From NCBI GenBank assembly GCA_964019335.1, contig OZ025742.1, positions 1-64,000 on the forward strand: a DNA stretch of 64,000 bases, given 5' to 3'. Each line of letters starts with the position of its first letter. The stretch's first letter is position 1. Below the pieces are notes generated by a model. It was not told the DNA's origin and searched no databases. It saw nothing but the letters and a program-made list of their open reading frames with translations. The DNA is from Diplonema japonicum. Taxonomy: Eukaryota; Protista; Euglenozoa: Diplonemea. A program made the translations under genes and the position numbers. Below are positions 63,183 to 64,000 of the stretch, in pieces.

Positions 63183-64000
63183 ATGACGGAAGAGGCAGCA
63201 CCTTTAGAAAACTGGACCGAGGAGGTTGGAGAGGAGAAGCCCCAGGGGAAAGGAAAGGGGAGGGGAAAGAAGGGCTCCGGGAAGGGCGGCAAGGGAGGGA
63301 AGAAGGGCGGCAAGAAGGGTGGTTACGACGGGCCGAGGAGGCCAAGGAGGTTTGTGGTGGATCATGAGTTGGAGAAGGAGACCCGGAGTGTGGAGGAGCT
63401 GAACGAGGAGCTGGCGAAGCTGCAGGGCGAAGTGGAGGGCTTCAAGAGCAAGGCGGGCGAGCTCAAGGAAGCGAAGAAGCAGCAGGACGACGAGGAGAAG
63501 GACCGACAGATCGGGGAAGTACGCGAGCAGATTGCCGCCAAAAAGGTGGAAAAGAAAGCAATTGACAACACCATGAGCAAAATTCAAGAAGAATTTAACG
63601 TTTTCCAAGTCAAACTCGACGAAATCTACAACGAGAAGAAGGCCTACATGGCAGAGAAGACCCGGAGAAAGAAGGAGAACAATGTCAACTACTCGGAAGA
63701 GGACGTCGCAGAGGCGATCAGAAAGGTTGAGGAGAAGCACGAGACCTGCGGGGGGCTGTCCTCCAGGTCCGAGAGAAACTTCATGACCCAGCTCCGCAAG
63801 CTCGAACAGGTGAAGGCCACCCTCAAGGACCTCAAGAAGTACGACCTCGCTGCTGCTGAGAAGGACAAGGCCGCAAAGGTACAACAAAAAAAAACAAAAA
63901 AAAAAAAAAATACCCAGGAACTGAAGGCGATGATGAAGCCCATCAACGCCGACAGGGATGAGAGAAAAGAGGAGCTGAAGCAGGTGAACATCGCCATCAG
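63183..64000 (+). CDS. Coiled-coil protein with GK-rich N-terminus, partial; intron 63879-63917
   Basis: ATG after A-run, open frame to window end, gtac..cccag A-rich in-frame intron. Confidence 0.75.
   Translation, partial: MTEEAAPLENWTEEVGEEKPQGKGKGRGKKGSGKGGKGGKKGGKKGGYDGPRRPRRFVVDHELEKETRSVEELNEELAKLQGEVEGFKSKAGELKEAKKQQDDEEKDRQIGEVREQIAAKKVEKKAIDNTMSKIQEEFNVFQVKLDEIYNEKKAYMAEKTRRKKENNVNYSEEDVAEAIRKVEEKHETCGGLSSRSERNFMTQLRKLEQVKATLKDLKKYDLAAAEKDKAAKVQQKKTKKKKNTQELKAMMKPINADRDERKEELKQVNIAI

Overview
Eukaryotic (protist) DNA. All host genes lie on the + strand behind pyrimidine tracts and carry very short GT-AG introns; with Ingi-like retroposons and ExxxRxxIxxxE repeat proteins this suggests a euglenozoan, possibly a diplonemid (inference). 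Bases 1-21.7 kb are a nest of retroelements: three APE-RT(-RNaseH) non-LTR elements (E1 +, E2 -, E3 -) and a 5'-truncated Penelope-like RT element (PLE) with two Josephin-like domains. A fourth non-LTR element (E4, 27.6-34.5 kb) has an OTU-like ORF1. There are also a decayed piggyBac, a pogo/Tc1-like derivative, MITE-like inverted repeats, a Cys-rich surface-protein family (two genes, one pseudogene), ABCG, NACHT-pentapeptide-WD40, DUS2, an SGNH esterase and two coiled-coil genes. The standout is a candidate translational recoding cassette. In E2, E3 and E4, ORF2 is in frame with ORF1 behind a single UGA, followed by an open linker and a 2A-like (NPG/P) motif just before the endonuclease. In E2 and E3 the 47-codon linker is conserved as protein (30/47 identical, 15 synonymous changes, no indels) and has a stem-loop with two compensatory base-pair changes. 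E1 instead has a 240-nt nested RNA structure before its 2A. The proposed system is stop-codon readthrough coupled to StopGo release of ORF2p.
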